Shown here: positions 63,401 to 64,000 of the stretch, piece after piece
Layout: each line of letters starts with the position of its first letter
How positions within the stretch are numbered: the stretch's first letter is position 1
Assembly (NCBI RefSeq): GCF_963921235.1
Contig: NC_086108.1
Span: forward strand, 35,466,001 to 35,530,000
Reading direction: 5' to 3'
Length of the DNA stretch: 64,000 nucleotides
Source of the DNA: Mobula hypostoma
Taxonomy: Eukaryota
Position numbers and translations under genes: made by a program
The notes under the pieces: generated by a model
Told to the model about the DNA's origin: nothing
Seen by the model: only the letters and a program-made list of their open reading frames with translations
Database searches by the model: none

Positions 63401-64000
63401 GTAGGTCATGTTTGACCAATCATTGGAGTTTTTCGAGGAGGTTACCAGGAAAGTGGATGAAGGGAAGGCAGTGGATATTGTCTACATGGACTTCAGTAAG
63501 GCCTTTGACAAGGTCCCGCATGGGAGGTTAGTTAGAAAAATTCAGTCGCTAGGTATACATGGAGAGGTGGTAAATTGGATCAGACATTGGCTCAATGGAA
63601 GAAGCCAAAGAGTGGTAGTAGAGAATTGCTTCTCCGAGTGGAGGCCTGTGACTAGTGGTGTGCCACAGGGATCAGTGCTGGGTCCATTGTTATTTGTCAT
63701 CTATATCAATCATCTGGATGATAATGTGGTAAATCGGATCAGCAAATTTGCTGATGATACAAAGATTGGAGGTGTAGTAGACAGTGAGGAAGGTTTTCAG
63801 ATCCTGCAGAGGGACTTGGACCAGCTGGAAAAATGGGCTGAAAAATGGCAGATGGAGTTTAATACAGACAAGTGTGAGGTATTGCACGTTGGAAGGACAA
63901 ACCAAGGTAGAACATACAGAGTTAATGGTAAGGCACTGAGGAGTGCAGTAGAACAGAGGGATCTGGGAATACAGATACAAAATTCCCTAAAAGTGGCGTC
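60440..64000 (+). mobile_element. CR1 LINE with 5' end, ORF1 and ORF2 (frameshifted), runs off the window
   Basis: ORF1 from 60725: CSSCRMWE...CKKC, leucine zipper, GDSIVRG/HVGTND/DGLH esterase motifs. ORF2 NARSIAGK...SDHN...RT. Confidence 0.95.

Overview
Eukaryotic, vertebrate genomic DNA. The repeat repertoire (CR1, Rex1/Babar, V-SINE, Penelope) suggests a cartilaginous fish; this is an inference. One intact host gene is present: a 5-coding-exon RGS18 orthologue (+, 1923-7759, 231 aa, assembled by hand from GT/AG junctions). The remaining ~56 kb is a heavily nested transposon field: four near-identical young CR1 copies, two near-full-length CR1s with ORF1+ORF2, Rex1/Babar and RTE LINE pieces, tRNA-derived SINEs, two hAT/Charlie elements, a solo LTR and two defective Gypsy LTR elements. 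The most notable signal is a Gypsy LTR element (56053-60105; LTRs, PBS, PPT and TSD all visible) whose pol is almost entirely replaced by an intronless copy of the host SUDS3 (Sin3/HDAC corepressor) mRNA, i.e. LTR-mediated gene capture. The second is a set of Penelope-like elements and their non-autonomous derivatives carrying minimal hammerhead ribozymes with a palindromic, loop-less stem III. Repeat boundaries were judged by eye and are approximate unless a TSD is quoted.
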